From: Chrysomallon squamiferum
Lineage: Eukaryota; Animalia; Mollusca
Assembly (NCBI GenBank): GCA_012295275.1
Contig: CM022666.1
Span: forward strand, 1,860,001-1,924,000
Reading direction: 5' to 3'
Length of the DNA: 64,000 bases
Shown here: positions 1 to 11,544 of the stretch, in pieces
Layout: the number at the start of each line of letters is the position of its first letter
Numbering within the stretch: position 1 is the first letter of the stretch
Notes under the pieces: model-generated
What the model saw: only the letters and a program-made list of their open reading frames with translations
Database searches by the model: none
Told to the model about the DNA's origin: nothing
Program-made: the position numbers and the translations under genes

Positions 1-178
1 TATGATATAAAGCACTGCAGAAGTTGAGTGAAATAACTGTTACACTACACAAACAATCTGTGACAATTCTTTAAAAGGAAACCACAGCAGTTTATATAAA
101 AAATAAAAAAATAAAAATACATATATATATAATAGAATTCTGTACATATGATAATAAATTATTTTTGACAAAAAACCT

Positions 179-215
<37 letters not shown>

Positions 216-936
216 TAAAAATAATAATAATAATAATGAGCAAAATTATATATAAATGCAATTTAAGACAATTTTAAGACAATTCTTTTGTGAAAAGTCA
301 ACCAATACATGATTATATTTCTCAAGTATGTTTTAACATTATTCCTAAATAATATTACCATTATGTTTTATATTAAAAAAACACCTATATGGCAAAGACC
401 TTAACAATTTTTATTAATTTATTAAAAAAAAAAAAAAAAAAAAATTAATTAAAATATTCTTCCTTACAGTTACAAAGCAAAACCGGGAGGTAAAATAAGT
501 CAGAAACAATAAGTCTTATACCATGCCCTGGTAAAAAAAAAAAAAAAATGTGATAAAAAATAAAATAAAAAAATGAAACCAAAAAATTAACAAAAAAAAC
601 AACAACCTGAAATGATAAATAAACTTGGAGGAAAATGAAACAGAACCATGCTGATTATATAAGTTTAAAAAAAACTGCTCTCTACAAGAATCAAAGACAT
701 TTATAATTTGCAAACAGAAAACAAACCAGCACGCCATTTGTGGTCTGTTTCTTTGTCAAATTATGATTTCAACTTCAGATTCTAAAGAGCTTCTATAAAT
801 AACAGCCTGTGTCAAAGTTTACTGTAATAATTCAAAATATTCATTTGTTAATCTTATCTTAAAAACATTCTGTCCATATTCCAGACTCAAAAAAAAATAA
901 AAAAATAAAAAAATAAAATGAAATAAAATGATATAA

Positions 937-980
<44 letters not shown>

Positions 981-1532
981 ATTTTTATTTTCGAATATTA
1001 TATATAATACTTTTTTTCTTTCTTTCTTTCTTTTCTAAAATCTTTAAAATTTAGGACCTATTTTTATCTTTAAACCCTGTTTTGGCTTCATGTCAGTTAA
1101 GAAAAATGGAACCTCCGTAAGTTTAAATTTTTAATTCCGGTATTTATTTTTATATAATACTAATAAATAAAATAGATAAACAGATGCAGCAATAACAAAA
1201 AAAATAAATAAAAAATAAAGTAATAAATAAAGTAATAAATAAAATAATAAATAAATAAATAAATAAATAAAATAAATAACATCAAAATAAATAGAGATAA
1301 ATAGATGAATCAATAAAAAATAAAATAAAAAATAAAATAAACAAATATATATATATATAAAATAAATAAATAAAACAAACAAACAGACAAAAAATAAATA
1401 AATAAATAAAAAAACAAACAAAAAAAATAAAATAAAATCTATCTATCTACACAGTAAACTTTGAGGCAGACTTGGCTTGAACTGGAAATGCTTCAAGCAG
1501 CAGAAGCAAGCTAAAAGGTGTTAAAACGTTAC

Positions 1533-1595
1533 CTGGTTCACATAGAAGGCGACACTGCCACCACGCAGGGTGGAGGTGCCGTCGTCCACGCGCAA
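1533..1595 (-). CDS. MAP4K4: Probable alternative (cassette) exon within the CNH domain (LRVDDGTSTLRGGSVAFYVNQ), phase 0 to 0
   Basis: GC-rich island in a very AT-rich intron. Acceptor gtccttgttttcccgtatag|TTG and donor CAG|gtaacg. 63 nt, stop-free in the phase left by exon 2695-2844. I recognise no homology for the peptide. Confidence 0.72.
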
Positions 1596-1871
1596 CTATA
1601 CGGGAAAACAAGGACACAACATTAAAAAACAGTCTCAGAACTTCTCTCTCGCAAAACACTACGTCATTTCAGATTCCTCAACGTCTGCAACAGTTTTAAC
1701 TACCAACGTAATTACAACGTTATTGAAATTTAAAAAAAAAAAAAAAGTTTATCTATATCAGTGTGATATTTTCATTATTGTTAACAAAAATATACATTTA
1801 TGTGAGATATAATTTTTTTTAATTATTTAATCTTGTTATATATAAACTTGGATTTGTCATAGTAGCAAAAA

Positions 1872-1904
<33 letters not shown>

Positions 1905-2694
1905 TATTATTTTTAACGAAATTTTAAGTATGTATATTTATGTTCAGCAACAAAAACAACAACATAATTTCTAATTCGTATATTAATAATTATTTTTTAA
2001 CTTTAAACATTCTCAAAATGAAGCTGTACAATATTACAACACCAATTTTTGATATTTTATAAATATACTGTACAAATAGTATACAAAACCAGACAACAAG
2101 AGCCAGGTCTAAAACAGCTACAAGTGTATTATAATCTAAGAGGTTTAAAGATTAAGTTGGATTATGTACACCAAATAAGCGAACAAAGCTGGAAATACAG
2201 TGACCTTCATCATACCAGTATCCCAAGCAGTTGTTAACCATTTTAAAAAAAAAAAAAAATTATTTATTTTTTAATTTTAATAAGCATTAAAAAATTTAAT
2301 ATAAATAAATAAATAAAATAAAATAAAATAAATAAATTAAAAAAGCAGTGTCGAAACTTTTAAAATAACCATAATTTTCCATAAGAAATATAGACTTTTT
2401 ATTACCCTTATTACTGATCTGGTATTTGCAAAATCTTTTTAATGTTTCAACATTACAAATCAGCTTTATGAAATGTGCAGAATTTTTGATGAAATCAGAT
2501 ATACACTTCCCTACTGGAACCAAGATTAAGTCTAACCATAAACAGTGGATTATATATATTTATAAATTTATTATTATTTTTTTTGTTATTATTATTATTT
2601 TTTTTTTTTTACAAATACCAGATCTTACTGTGCAACACCAATAAAGTGGACAACATATAAAATAGCTTTTTTATTAATCTTTGACAATACTTAC

Positions 2695-2844
2695 AGTTGA
2701 GGGAATGTATAAATCAAAGTTTGATGATGTGTCGAGGTCAATAGCATGGAAACCCATGTTGGAGCCATAGATGACCTTCAGCCTCAGTCCTTCTTCTACA
2801 GTGAGATCAACTAACAATGGTTTGTGATCCAAATCAGGGAAAGA
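2695..2844 (-). CDS. MAP4K4: CNH domain exon ([50 protein letters not shown]), phase 0 to 0
   Basis: Matches the family motif [28 protein letters not shown]. Acceptor ttttttctcag|TCT and donor ACT|gtaagt, 150 nt. Confidence 0.98.
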
Positions 2845-3171
2845 CTGAGAAAAAAACGTAACAAAATAAAAATATAATACAATATAATATAATATATATA
2901 ATATAACATAATATAATATAATATAAATTATATTTAATATAATGTAAATTAATATAAAATAACATAATACATACATACACACATATAAAAATTACAATAA
3001 ATAAATAAAATAATCAAATAAATATATAATTTCTAAAAATAAAAGACTAAATTAATGTAAAAATAAGGGGATGAAAAAGGAATAATAGTAAGCAGTCTAG
3101 TATATAAATAATTGTATGAAAATTAAAAACTGAATCATTGAACGTATAAGAAAATATAAAGAAAAAAATAA

Positions 3172-3206
<35 letters not shown>

Positions 3207-3340
3207 TTATAAAAAATTCTGGTTATAGAAAAACAAAATAATAATTAACTGTAAAATAATAATAAAAAAAACACAACAACAACAGGAAATAAAGACAAAA
3301 AAGAAAATAGCAGGTCAAGAAAAAAGAAGAAGAAAAAAAC

Positions 3341-3383
<43 letters not shown>

Positions 3384-3760
3384 AGTTAATAATATCAGCA
3401 TAAATAATTATAATGTTTAAACTTTAAAGAACTCTTGAAGAATCAGGAAAACGGCACAACCCTAAACAGGATAGCGCTTCTTCTGCGCATTTCCTAATTG
3501 CAAGTGCAGTGTTTTCTAATGTCTACACCAGGTCGAGGGCTTCGTCTATAATCTAACACCATGACAACAAAACAATTGCCAATTAATCTGAGATCAATGT
3601 GCCTGGTTTTAAGTTACAAGAGCAGAGGGGAAGTTGTAAAAACAGAAGTCAAGAGAAAACAGGCAGACAGTGCAAGTGAGATATAATAACACTTGACAAA
3701 AGTTTTTTTTTTTTTTTTTTTTTAAATTAATAGAAATAATACTAATTACAATTAAAATTA

Positions 3761-3838
<78 letters not shown>
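3761..3838. repeat. (AAT)n microsatellite
   Basis: Read directly. Confidence 0.97.
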
Positions 3839-3839
<1 letters not shown>

Positions 3840-4409
3840 CTAAGTTGTTTGTTTTTCTGGACAATATACAAGATCATATATTATGTACTTGAATAAAAAA
3901 AACAACAACATAATAGTACTCTGGCTTTAGTAAACCATTTACAAAGTACTTGATGCACAATTAGCAGTAACACTGCAGTTTTGTATGAAGATATCACCAA
4001 CTGTGAAAAACACTTTATTATTTAAAAAGTTCTTTCCCAGTAATATTAGGTTTATTTAATGACACTTTTTGTTGAATGAAGTGATCTTCAAGATTTTCAA
4101 GAGAAAGTGTCCATACTTTAAAACAAGTCACAGACACACACAAAAAATAACACATTTCAGTTAACAGATAAATATATTTGTTCTTCATGCATGGGATTTG
4201 TTTAAGTTTTTTTCTTTATTTCTTTTTCTTATTTGTTTGTTGACTGGCTTTCCATCTTTTTTTCCGTTCTCCTTTTTTTATTTTTTTTTTTTAAATAGTT
4301 TCTTTTTCTCTCCAAACAGTCAAATAATAAATCCTACACCAGAAATATATTTCTATTTTCAACTCATCTGAACAGACAAGTTGGTAAACGTAGAAATATG
4401 TAAACTTAC

Positions 4410-4510
4410 CTTGAATGCCATGAATTTGTGATACGGTTTTGGAGCCCATGCATAGATCTCAATACTGTCTTGTAGTGCTATCACCAGAAATTTGATTCTT
4501 TCGTATTTCA
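4410..4510 (-). CDS. MAP4K4: CNH domain exon ([34 protein letters not shown]), phase 1 to 0
   Basis: Contains the strongly conserved motifs [12 protein letters not shown] and [15 protein letters not shown]. Acceptor tgttttacag|TG and donor AAG|gtaagt, 101 nt. Confidence 0.98.
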
Positions 4511-5156
4511 CTGTAAAACATCAAGAAAATTTCATTTTTCTACATACATCTCTCTACTAATATGTAATTTAATTATGATATTTTTATGTAAAAAAAATAA
4601 TAATAAATAAATTAAGAAATTAAGAAAAAATAAAAAAAAAAATAAAATAAAATAAAGAGAAAAAGTAAAAACATGATTTTATTATATTTTTAGTAACAAA
4701 TTGACCTTTAAATATTCCTCAATACCATTTTATAATATATTCAGCAGATGGTATTTTTTAATTTTTTGAAAAAATTTTACCATAAATAAACAACATTACT
4801 ATGACAAACTTTTAACAAAGGGTTGGTGATCTTTTCTACATTATCTTTCTTTTTACAATCAGTGGAAAGGGCCACAACTCTAGCAGGTATAATCAGATTT
4901 AAATACTACAGCTAAGCAATTATGTCACTGAGAAATGCCAGTAAATTTTTATTCATTGGACAAAATAAGCCTATCCACAAATCTACACAAAGTTCATCTA
5001 AACGTTAATTATTAGTAATAAATCATTTGTAAAGACTTCAAAATCATTGATAAAAAGGAAAGAAAATAAAGGAGATATTTTAAAATCATTGTTTAAAAGA
5101 AAAGAAAATAAAATTTTATTAAGACTTTAGAAACACAAAAGGACAGCAGGACTCAC

Positions 5157-5220
5157 CAATTTTGAAGTGTACACAGCCTTCCAGTTCCCCTACATTGACC
5201 CAGCCATTCTTCTTGTCATT
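5157..5220 (-). CDS. MAP4K4: CNH domain exon (NDKKNGWVNVGELEGCVHFKI), phase 0 to 1
   Basis: Matches the family motif KKQGW..VGDLEGCVHYKV. Acceptor tgtgtttcag|AAT and donor ATTG|gtgagt, 64 nt. Confidence 0.96.
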
Positions 5221-5331
5221 CTGAAACACAAACAGTAATTAAGTGAAAAAACAACATTTTCTGATGTTCTTTTCAAAACAAATTTTTACAAATAAATCAG
5301 TGCAAACATTCTGACTAACCCATGTCAATTA

Positions 5332-5373
<42 letters not shown>

Positions 5374-5674
5374 ACCACATTTTTATTTATTTATTTATTT
5401 ATTTATTTAGATGGGTGCACACAGATGTACACATCTTTCTGATAACGATCATTTCCCTATTCAGTAATCAAACTATCTTTCAAACTATGAAATTCTTCAT
5501 TTCTTTTTACATTCACAATCAAATATACAGAAAAGACTTGTACAAAAAAATATATGTTTTTAAAATGCCAACAATACACCTTCATCGAAAACATAAACAT
5601 AAAAATATAAATATATAAATATATATATATAAATTACATATATATATTTTTTAGAAGTGATTTTAAAAACTTAC

Positions 5675-5820
5675 TCCTTCATTTTTCAAGATTTTGCTTT
5701 TCAGCCAGGAGAGATAGTAGACTCTGATTTTGCTTTTCTTGCCCGAGATTGTTACTAAGATATTCTGTCCCTCCAACACCTCCATCTGCTGGAACTTGCG
5801 CCTTGATATCAAAGTGTACA
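5675..5820 (-). CDS. MAP4K4: CNH domain exon ([49 protein letters not shown]), phase 1 to 0
   Basis: Translated by hand (absent from the ORF track). Matches family motifs [23 protein letters not shown] and RVYYLSWL. Acceptor tttctgtttcag|TG and donor GGA|gtaagt, 146 nt. Confidence 0.97.
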
Positions 5821-5893
5821 CTGAAACAGAAACACTTCACACATTAACAGAGCCGCAGCAACAGTTCAAATGTGCATCTCAGTGAAGTCATTC

Positions 5894-5901
5894 AGAGAGA
5901 C

Positions 5902-5954
<53 letters not shown>

Positions 5955-5973
5955 GACAGAGAGACAGAGAGAC
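5894..5973. repeat. Compound (GA)n/(GAGACA)n microsatellite
   Basis: Read directly. Confidence 0.93.
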
Positions 5974-6491
5974 AAACCTTTGTTACATCACAAAATACAA
6001 GAATAAATGCTTCTTTAATTATTCATCAATATGCCTCTATGTAACAGTTGTTAAATATCTAATTATTGTTATTTTGCAATGAAATTACAAGAGAAAACCC
6101 AGTACTATGCACCTTCCAAACAGAAAAAAAAAACCAACAGCAGTTACTGGATTTTGGATATGAAAATGTATTTAATTGAGAAAAACTGAACATGATGACT
6201 GAGTTGGTAATTTATGTGAATTACAAAAACATTTCAATATACATCTTTAGTTATTTCCATCAATATTTTATTTTTATCAAAACCAAACAGTAAAATAACC
6301 AGAAAAACAACAATAATAATAATTTTTTTTTTTTTTAAAAGTATGTTTTTGTTTTGTGTTTACTGAATTATGGAAGACAACTGTTGCAGGTTTACATTAT
6401 GCCTGCACTGACTCTGTATTTAACATGTATCTGAATGACACACAAACTCAGTTATGGAAGAAAACTGATTATGTATCTCATAAAACTTTAC

Positions 6492-6557
6492 CTTTTCCCT
6501 GACCACTTCGGTCCAGCAACATGAGTCCATTCTCTGTTCCAATAAGCAGATTTACAC
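6492..6557 (-). CDS. MAP4K4: CNH domain exon ([22 protein letters not shown]), phase 1 to 1
   Basis: Near-identical to the family motif [23 protein letters not shown]. Acceptor atattcag|GT and donor AAAG|gtaaag, 66 nt. Confidence 0.97.
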
Positions 6558-6560
6558 CTG

Positions 6561-6700
6561 AATATACAATAACAATACAATACAATACAATACAATACAG
6601 TATAATATAATATATGATATGTAATATAAAATAATATGATATAATATATATATATAATATAATATTTAAATATAATATAATATAATATAATATAAAATAA
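6561..6700. repeat. Degenerate (AATAC)n/(AATAT)n pentanucleotide repeat abutting a splice acceptor
   Basis: Read directly; a similar tract lies at about 2865-2965. Confidence 0.85.
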
Positions 6701-7086
6701 AACAACAATGTAGGATATTGAACATGATAAACAATATAGTTAAAAAAAAAAAAAATTAAATAGGACCAACAAAGATTATTAAATTTTAAATTAGGAGAGA
6801 AAAACAAACAGAAAAAAAATTGACATTGAAAAGTTTTTTTTTTTAAAAAGAAACAATTTAAACATTACAATGGCACTGCAATCTAGAAACAAACGTTTTG
6901 GTGAGGAAGTCAAATCCATTTAATTTATGATTCTGCTGTTCACAGATTAGAAAAGTCAAAAATAGAGAAACAACAACATGATGTAGAAGAGTTATAAAAC
7001 AGACAATTAAAAACAATCTAATTATATACACACATATATATATAGATAGATAAACAGATAAGATAGATAACTGAAATGAAGCGTAC

Positions 7087-7324
7087 CCCACAATGCAGCA
7101 CACAAGATGTCCGAGCCAAAGCGCTTCTTGTATTTCCTGATTTCCGGGGTGTCTCCCGTGGTTTCCGTCGTCTGCGAGGGCGTCACGTTGACGTTGATCT
7201 GAGACCCGCGACGCGACTGCTGCGAGATCGAGTCCACTGTCGTCCCACTGGCTGCGCCGAAGCCGAACGCCGAGAAGGAGCGCTGATGTCGCATGGAGGG
7301 TTGTTTGCTGACAGCCTGTCGATA
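7087..7324 (-). CDS. MAP4K4: MAP4K4-family exon, linker and start of CNH domain ([17 protein letters not shown]...[12 protein letters not shown]...[22 protein letters not shown]), phase 0 to 1
   Basis: [12 protein letters not shown][11 protein letters not shown] is the hallmark start of the GCK-IV CNH domain. Acceptor tatttttctag|TAT and donor TGGG|gtacgc, 238 nt. Confidence 0.97.
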
Positions 7325-7349
7325 CTAGAAAAATATAGTGGCGGACACA

Positions 7350-7356
7350 GTTAGTG
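7350..7356 (-). promoter_or_regulatory. Splice branch point (CACTAAC)
   Basis: Close match to the branch-site consensus, about 25 nt upstream of the acceptor of exon 7087-7324. Confidence 0.7.
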
Positions 7357-7427
7357 TGCTACCTTCACCACCCCAAAAACTGACACAGCCCAACACCCGT
7401 GCTGCACCTCACTACAACCAGTAACAG

Positions 7428-7468
<41 letters not shown>

Positions 7469-7525
7469 AGTCGCAAGGGGAAAAAAAAAAAGTGACACTA
7501 AGAGTCACGGGGGGGAAGGTGTTAC

Positions 7526-7774
7526 CATGACGTCATGTCTGATGTCTGAATTGCTGACGTTTGTGTCAGGGTTTATTACCACATTGATCAATAATAGACT
7601 GAACTGTCAACAATTCTGGACTTTATTATTAAAAAAAAAAAAAAAATTTAATAATATTTTTTTACTATTTAAAATTGATGCAGGAACGTATGGATGGATG
7701 GATGGAAGACAGAAAGGTATTAAATATATATTAAAACATTTTTTTATTGTTCCGCATTCTTATCCATGACGTCA
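7526..7774. promoter_or_regulatory. Pair of full CRE palindromes (TGACGTCA at 7528-7535 and 7767-7774) plus a TGACG half-site near 7555
   Basis: Motifs read directly. The first lies within a 12-bp palindrome, CATGACGTCATG. Function is inferred only. Confidence 0.35.
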
Positions 7775-7941
7775 ACAATTTCGTGAAAAGTCCAGTGCTG
7801 GTAATAGATGAAAAAAAAAAAACGTAAAATGATGTCTCTTTTCTTTGTTTTATAAAAGAATTACTTGAATGCAATAACTAGTGATTAACTTCAGGTACTT
7901 TTCTTCCAGATTTTTATTACTGTTACTGATACTGTTGTTGC

Positions 7942-7987
<46 letters not shown>

Positions 7988-8522
7988 TTCACGGTATAAA
8001 TAATGCTACAACCCCAACATTCAAAACATGCAAAATTTGTGTAAATTTGTTTTAAATATCATTTTAATAAAACCAGTGAAAATAATATATAGAATGATTA
8101 TATCGAATTAATTTTATTATTATTATTATTATTTATTATTATTATTATTATTAAAAATGTTCAAAATTAACAGTGGTATTAAAATTAAATGAAATATAAA
8201 TCAATAATAAACAATTTTCATGCAAACACACATTATAAAAAAAAAGGTCACAAAAACAAACACAAAGTATGACAAAATCAAAGAAAACAAAAATAAAATA
8301 AAACAAAATAGAACAAAATAGAATAAAATAGAATAAAATAAAATAAAATAAAATAAAATAAAACAAAATAATTCTAAAAAGAGTACAGTGCAATGAACAA
8401 TAAAACATATATTTGTGTTTTCTTAATTTTAAAAAAATAAAATTTTCATGGTGCTGCATAATATAAAGTGTGAACAGACTTTATTTACTTCTAAGATGTA
8501 ATTTATTTTTGTTCTTAATTTT

Positions 8523-8554
<32 letters not shown>

Positions 8555-8831
8555 TTGTTGTTACAGTACCTAATACCTGATGCAAACACACTATAAATAC
8601 ATTCTGTATACTGTGACAGGAAACCAATCTTTACTGACAATAAAGTATTAACATCAAAGTTACTAACAATCTGTTTTCTTTCTTTATATCCAGAAACGAC
8701 AGCATTTTGAACAAAATTATTTTAATAAAGTTTGGTATTAACATCAGAACTACTAAAGATGCATAAAGCCTAACAGTTTCCTTTCTTTCTTAAACCTCAG
8801 ACTTGGTGACAATATGTGAGAACAAACTCAC

Positions 8832-8959
8832 CTCTTCCGACGTCGTCTTGTCCTGTGGCCTCTGGGGTGTGGGGGGAGACCGTGACTGTGGGGGAGTGTG
8901 AGGGGGCAGCAAGTCAGGGAGGACATTGCTGCTAGCACTATGCCTTGGAGATCTCACAC
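8832..8959 (-). CDS. MAP4K4: MAP4K4-family exon, Pro/Ser-rich (GVRSPRHSASSNVLPDLLPPHTPPQSRSPPTPQRPQDKTTSEE), phase 1 to 0
   Basis: Acceptor ttttttgctag|GT and donor GAG|gtgagt, 128 nt. Contains an LPDLL motif that I recall from the vertebrate MAP4K4/TNIK intermediate region, plus PxxP motifs. Confidence 0.92.
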
Positions 8960-11295
8960 CTAGCAAAAAAAAAAACAAAAACAAATACATATTTAAAAAC
9001 AATTATTATAACAATTAAAAATATAAAATAAATTAAAAAATAAATTGAACTGTTAAAATTACTTGATGTAGTTTTGTTCTGTAGTAATCAGTGATATTAT
9101 GAGTAATAATTTTTAGTAATAACCACTAAACTCTGTGGACTAGTTATAGTTTTTTTTGTGGTCAAAACACTGTATATCAATACTGGTTTTGATTTTGTTT
9201 CATTTTGAGAATAGCAAATGCAATGATTTTTTAAACACCTGTTAACAGAAACACTAGTGGACCATCATTAATATCATACATTTGAGACTGCACTGTACAT
9301 AAATATAACATTTGTTTCATTCTGTCACTTTTTTTCTTGAGAAAACCATCAATGCAGTGGCATCAAAATGTCCACTGTCAACTGCAGTCCTACAGAGCAT
9401 CATCATAGTTACATGTTGTTCATTAATACTGTTTTTCACAAGAACGATTCTACATTCCTATCATCAATAACACGAACACAAACACAAAGCTATGGCACAT
9501 CCTCTTCACTTCGCATCACACACAGCAAATAAAATGATAATAATAAAATAAGCTGTTCTCCTGGGACTGAATGTCCGACAGGCTGGCTAACATGTCTTGA
9601 TTAAATTTCCTGTGTTTTGTTACTTGATGTACCTCAGCCACTCATAAAGTGTTAGCTAACTTGGTTACTGGAGATCATCCTTCAGATCATGCCAGTGTTT
9701 TCTTGCCAGTGTTTTTTTGTTTTAACATCGTTAGCCATATGTTCCCAGTTAGTGTGTAGAGAGTTGAGTTATGCACGGTTTTACAATGAGAAACATGACA
9801 CAACAGGTTCAAAGACTACGAAACAAAGTCAGTTTTTTTTTTATTTCCAGAAACTGAATGGTGTCTGTAACGAAATGTTTTGAAAGAATTCCAATTATTA
9901 AATTTAGTGATTTTATATATAAAAAAAAACAAAAAAAAAAAAAAAGAGTTTAAGGTAATGAAATCAAATACTAACAAACAAATCAGATTATTTTTGAAAA
10001 ATTTAGTAGAAAAATTCTGAACTCAGTAAAAGAACAAGTTGTCAGTGGTTTTATCTTATTTTAGTTCCTTGCTTTTTTTCTTTTGTTTGGAATGGGGTTA
10101 CTATCCATATTAAGATACTTGTAAGTACTTTATTTTTTGCAACAAATCCATCATTGTCTTTTTAGCATGGTATATCTGTCAATCATACTACAATAGCTAA
10201 TATTAGAAATAGGTTGTTTATAAAATTATATTTAAGTTCAAAAATCATTTATTAATTACAAAACAAAACCCCCCAAAAAATCAAAAAAAAAGCAGCCATT
10301 AAACATGATATTTGATAAGCTAATCAGAGTTATCTTAATCTTCTATACTTAAGATGCCACAAATTAATCCCTCGTTTAACAGATTATGATAAACTTCTAC
10401 TGTATATTAAACAAATATTAGCCAATTTTATGCCATTTTCTTAGATAACAAACAAAAATCTTTGCCATTTTATAAATCCAGTGTAAAAAAGAGCATTTTT
10501 ATACTGAAAAAACCTAGACTTGCAAAAAAAAAAAACCATTCACAAACGATTTAAAAAGGATTCTCAACCAATATTCTGGCATTAAGATTTATAGATTTTT
10601 GAACTGAAAAATACCACTAAAAGTGATATTAAATCTATTTTATATGTTTATTAATCATTTTTTTTATAAAAAAAAATTTCTTGCAATAATGTTTTATCCA
10701 AGACACTTAACAAGTTCTGAAGATGTCTTACACGTGTATGTGGTGATTTCAAAGCAAACAGTTAAGACATTAATTCTGCCATCCTGTTCTCCTTAGCATC
10801 TGCTACTTACGTTAACAATGATTTGGAAACTAATTGTGTTTAGGCTACAGAAATCTTGCTGGACAACACAAAAGTTTATGAAGCATGACTGTTAAGGGGA
10901 CATAACACCGGATACTTGGATGTTTGAACCCCAGAAGTGTTATACGAGATGATTATGAGTTTCAATTGATCTATGGCCTCAGTTAAATGTCTGGTTAGAA
11001 GCAAGTTCCCACTGGATGCCAGCACAATAGTTTAGGTGCTACAGATTAGATGTAGGTTTGCTGAATAAAATAATAGAATACCAAGCCTGTCTGTATGATA
11101 ACCTATAGAACAACTAAGTCTGCAGAACCTAGATGTTTGTGTATACATGTTCATGTATCTCTCTCTCTCTCTCTTGTGAATGATTGTATATGTTCATGTA
11201 TATTGATGTATATTCATACTCTTTCTCTCTATTGTTCCCTCTTTTTCTCCCTCTCCCACACACACAAACCCCCCCCCATTTTACATTTTACATAC

Positions 11296-11337
11296 TCAGC
11301 TGAAGGTTTCGTAACACACAGTCCTGGTAATTTGTGT
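11296..11337 (-). CDS. Candidate 42-nt cassette exon (DTNYQDCVLRNLQLS), phase 1 to 1
   Basis: Acceptor cctgtttctgttag|AC and donor CTGA|gtatgt. Length is a multiple of 3 and it is stop-free in the required phase. The upstream intron would be only 56 nt. Confidence 0.45.
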   Translation of the reverse strand, partial: TQITRTVCYETFS

Positions 11338-11393
11338 CTAACAGAAACAGGTGTACGTGTGAATACACAACTGAATGAACTTTAGTGAATTAC

Positions 11394-11544
11394 CTAAGGC
11401 ACCAGGGGCAGACAAGTTAGAAGATCCAGACTGTGTACGATGGATGTGCTGCAGAGGAGGTTTGGCGCTGTTTCTGGCAGGCTCTCTGTCGATTCGGCGA
11501 TCTTTGTACCTCTCTGCTTCCTGGAACGCAGGGTCAGATTTGTT
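11394..11544 (-). CDS. MAP4K4: misshapen/MAP4K4/TNIK/MINK1-family kinase, intermediate-region exon (NKSDPAFQEAERYKDRR...SAPGAL), phase 0 to 1
   Basis: Acceptor ttttgttttttcag|AAC and donor TTAG|gtaatt. 151 nt, stop-free, and its phase joins exon 8832-8959. The assignment rests on splice continuity because this region is poorly conserved. Confidence 0.85.

Noticed and set aside
40-1421. Hydrophobic F/I/L/Y-rich minus-strand ORFs resembling membrane proteins
   Set aside because: They are translations of (AAT)n/(AAAT)n low-complexity intron sequence.
4861-5005. AAGGGCCACAACTC...ATCTACACAAAGTTCATC, reminiscent of decayed molluscan non-autonomous DNA/Helentron-type repeats
   Set aside because: The resemblance is from memory only, and no termini can be identified.
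7076-7354. 92-aa + strand ORF
   Set aside because: Antisense shadow of the GC-rich MAP4K4 exon. The same applies to 11440-11664 and 1570-1812.
8864-8918. G-quadruplex-like G-runs on the + strand
   Set aside because: Explained by the proline codons of the minus-strand exon, and one loop is long.
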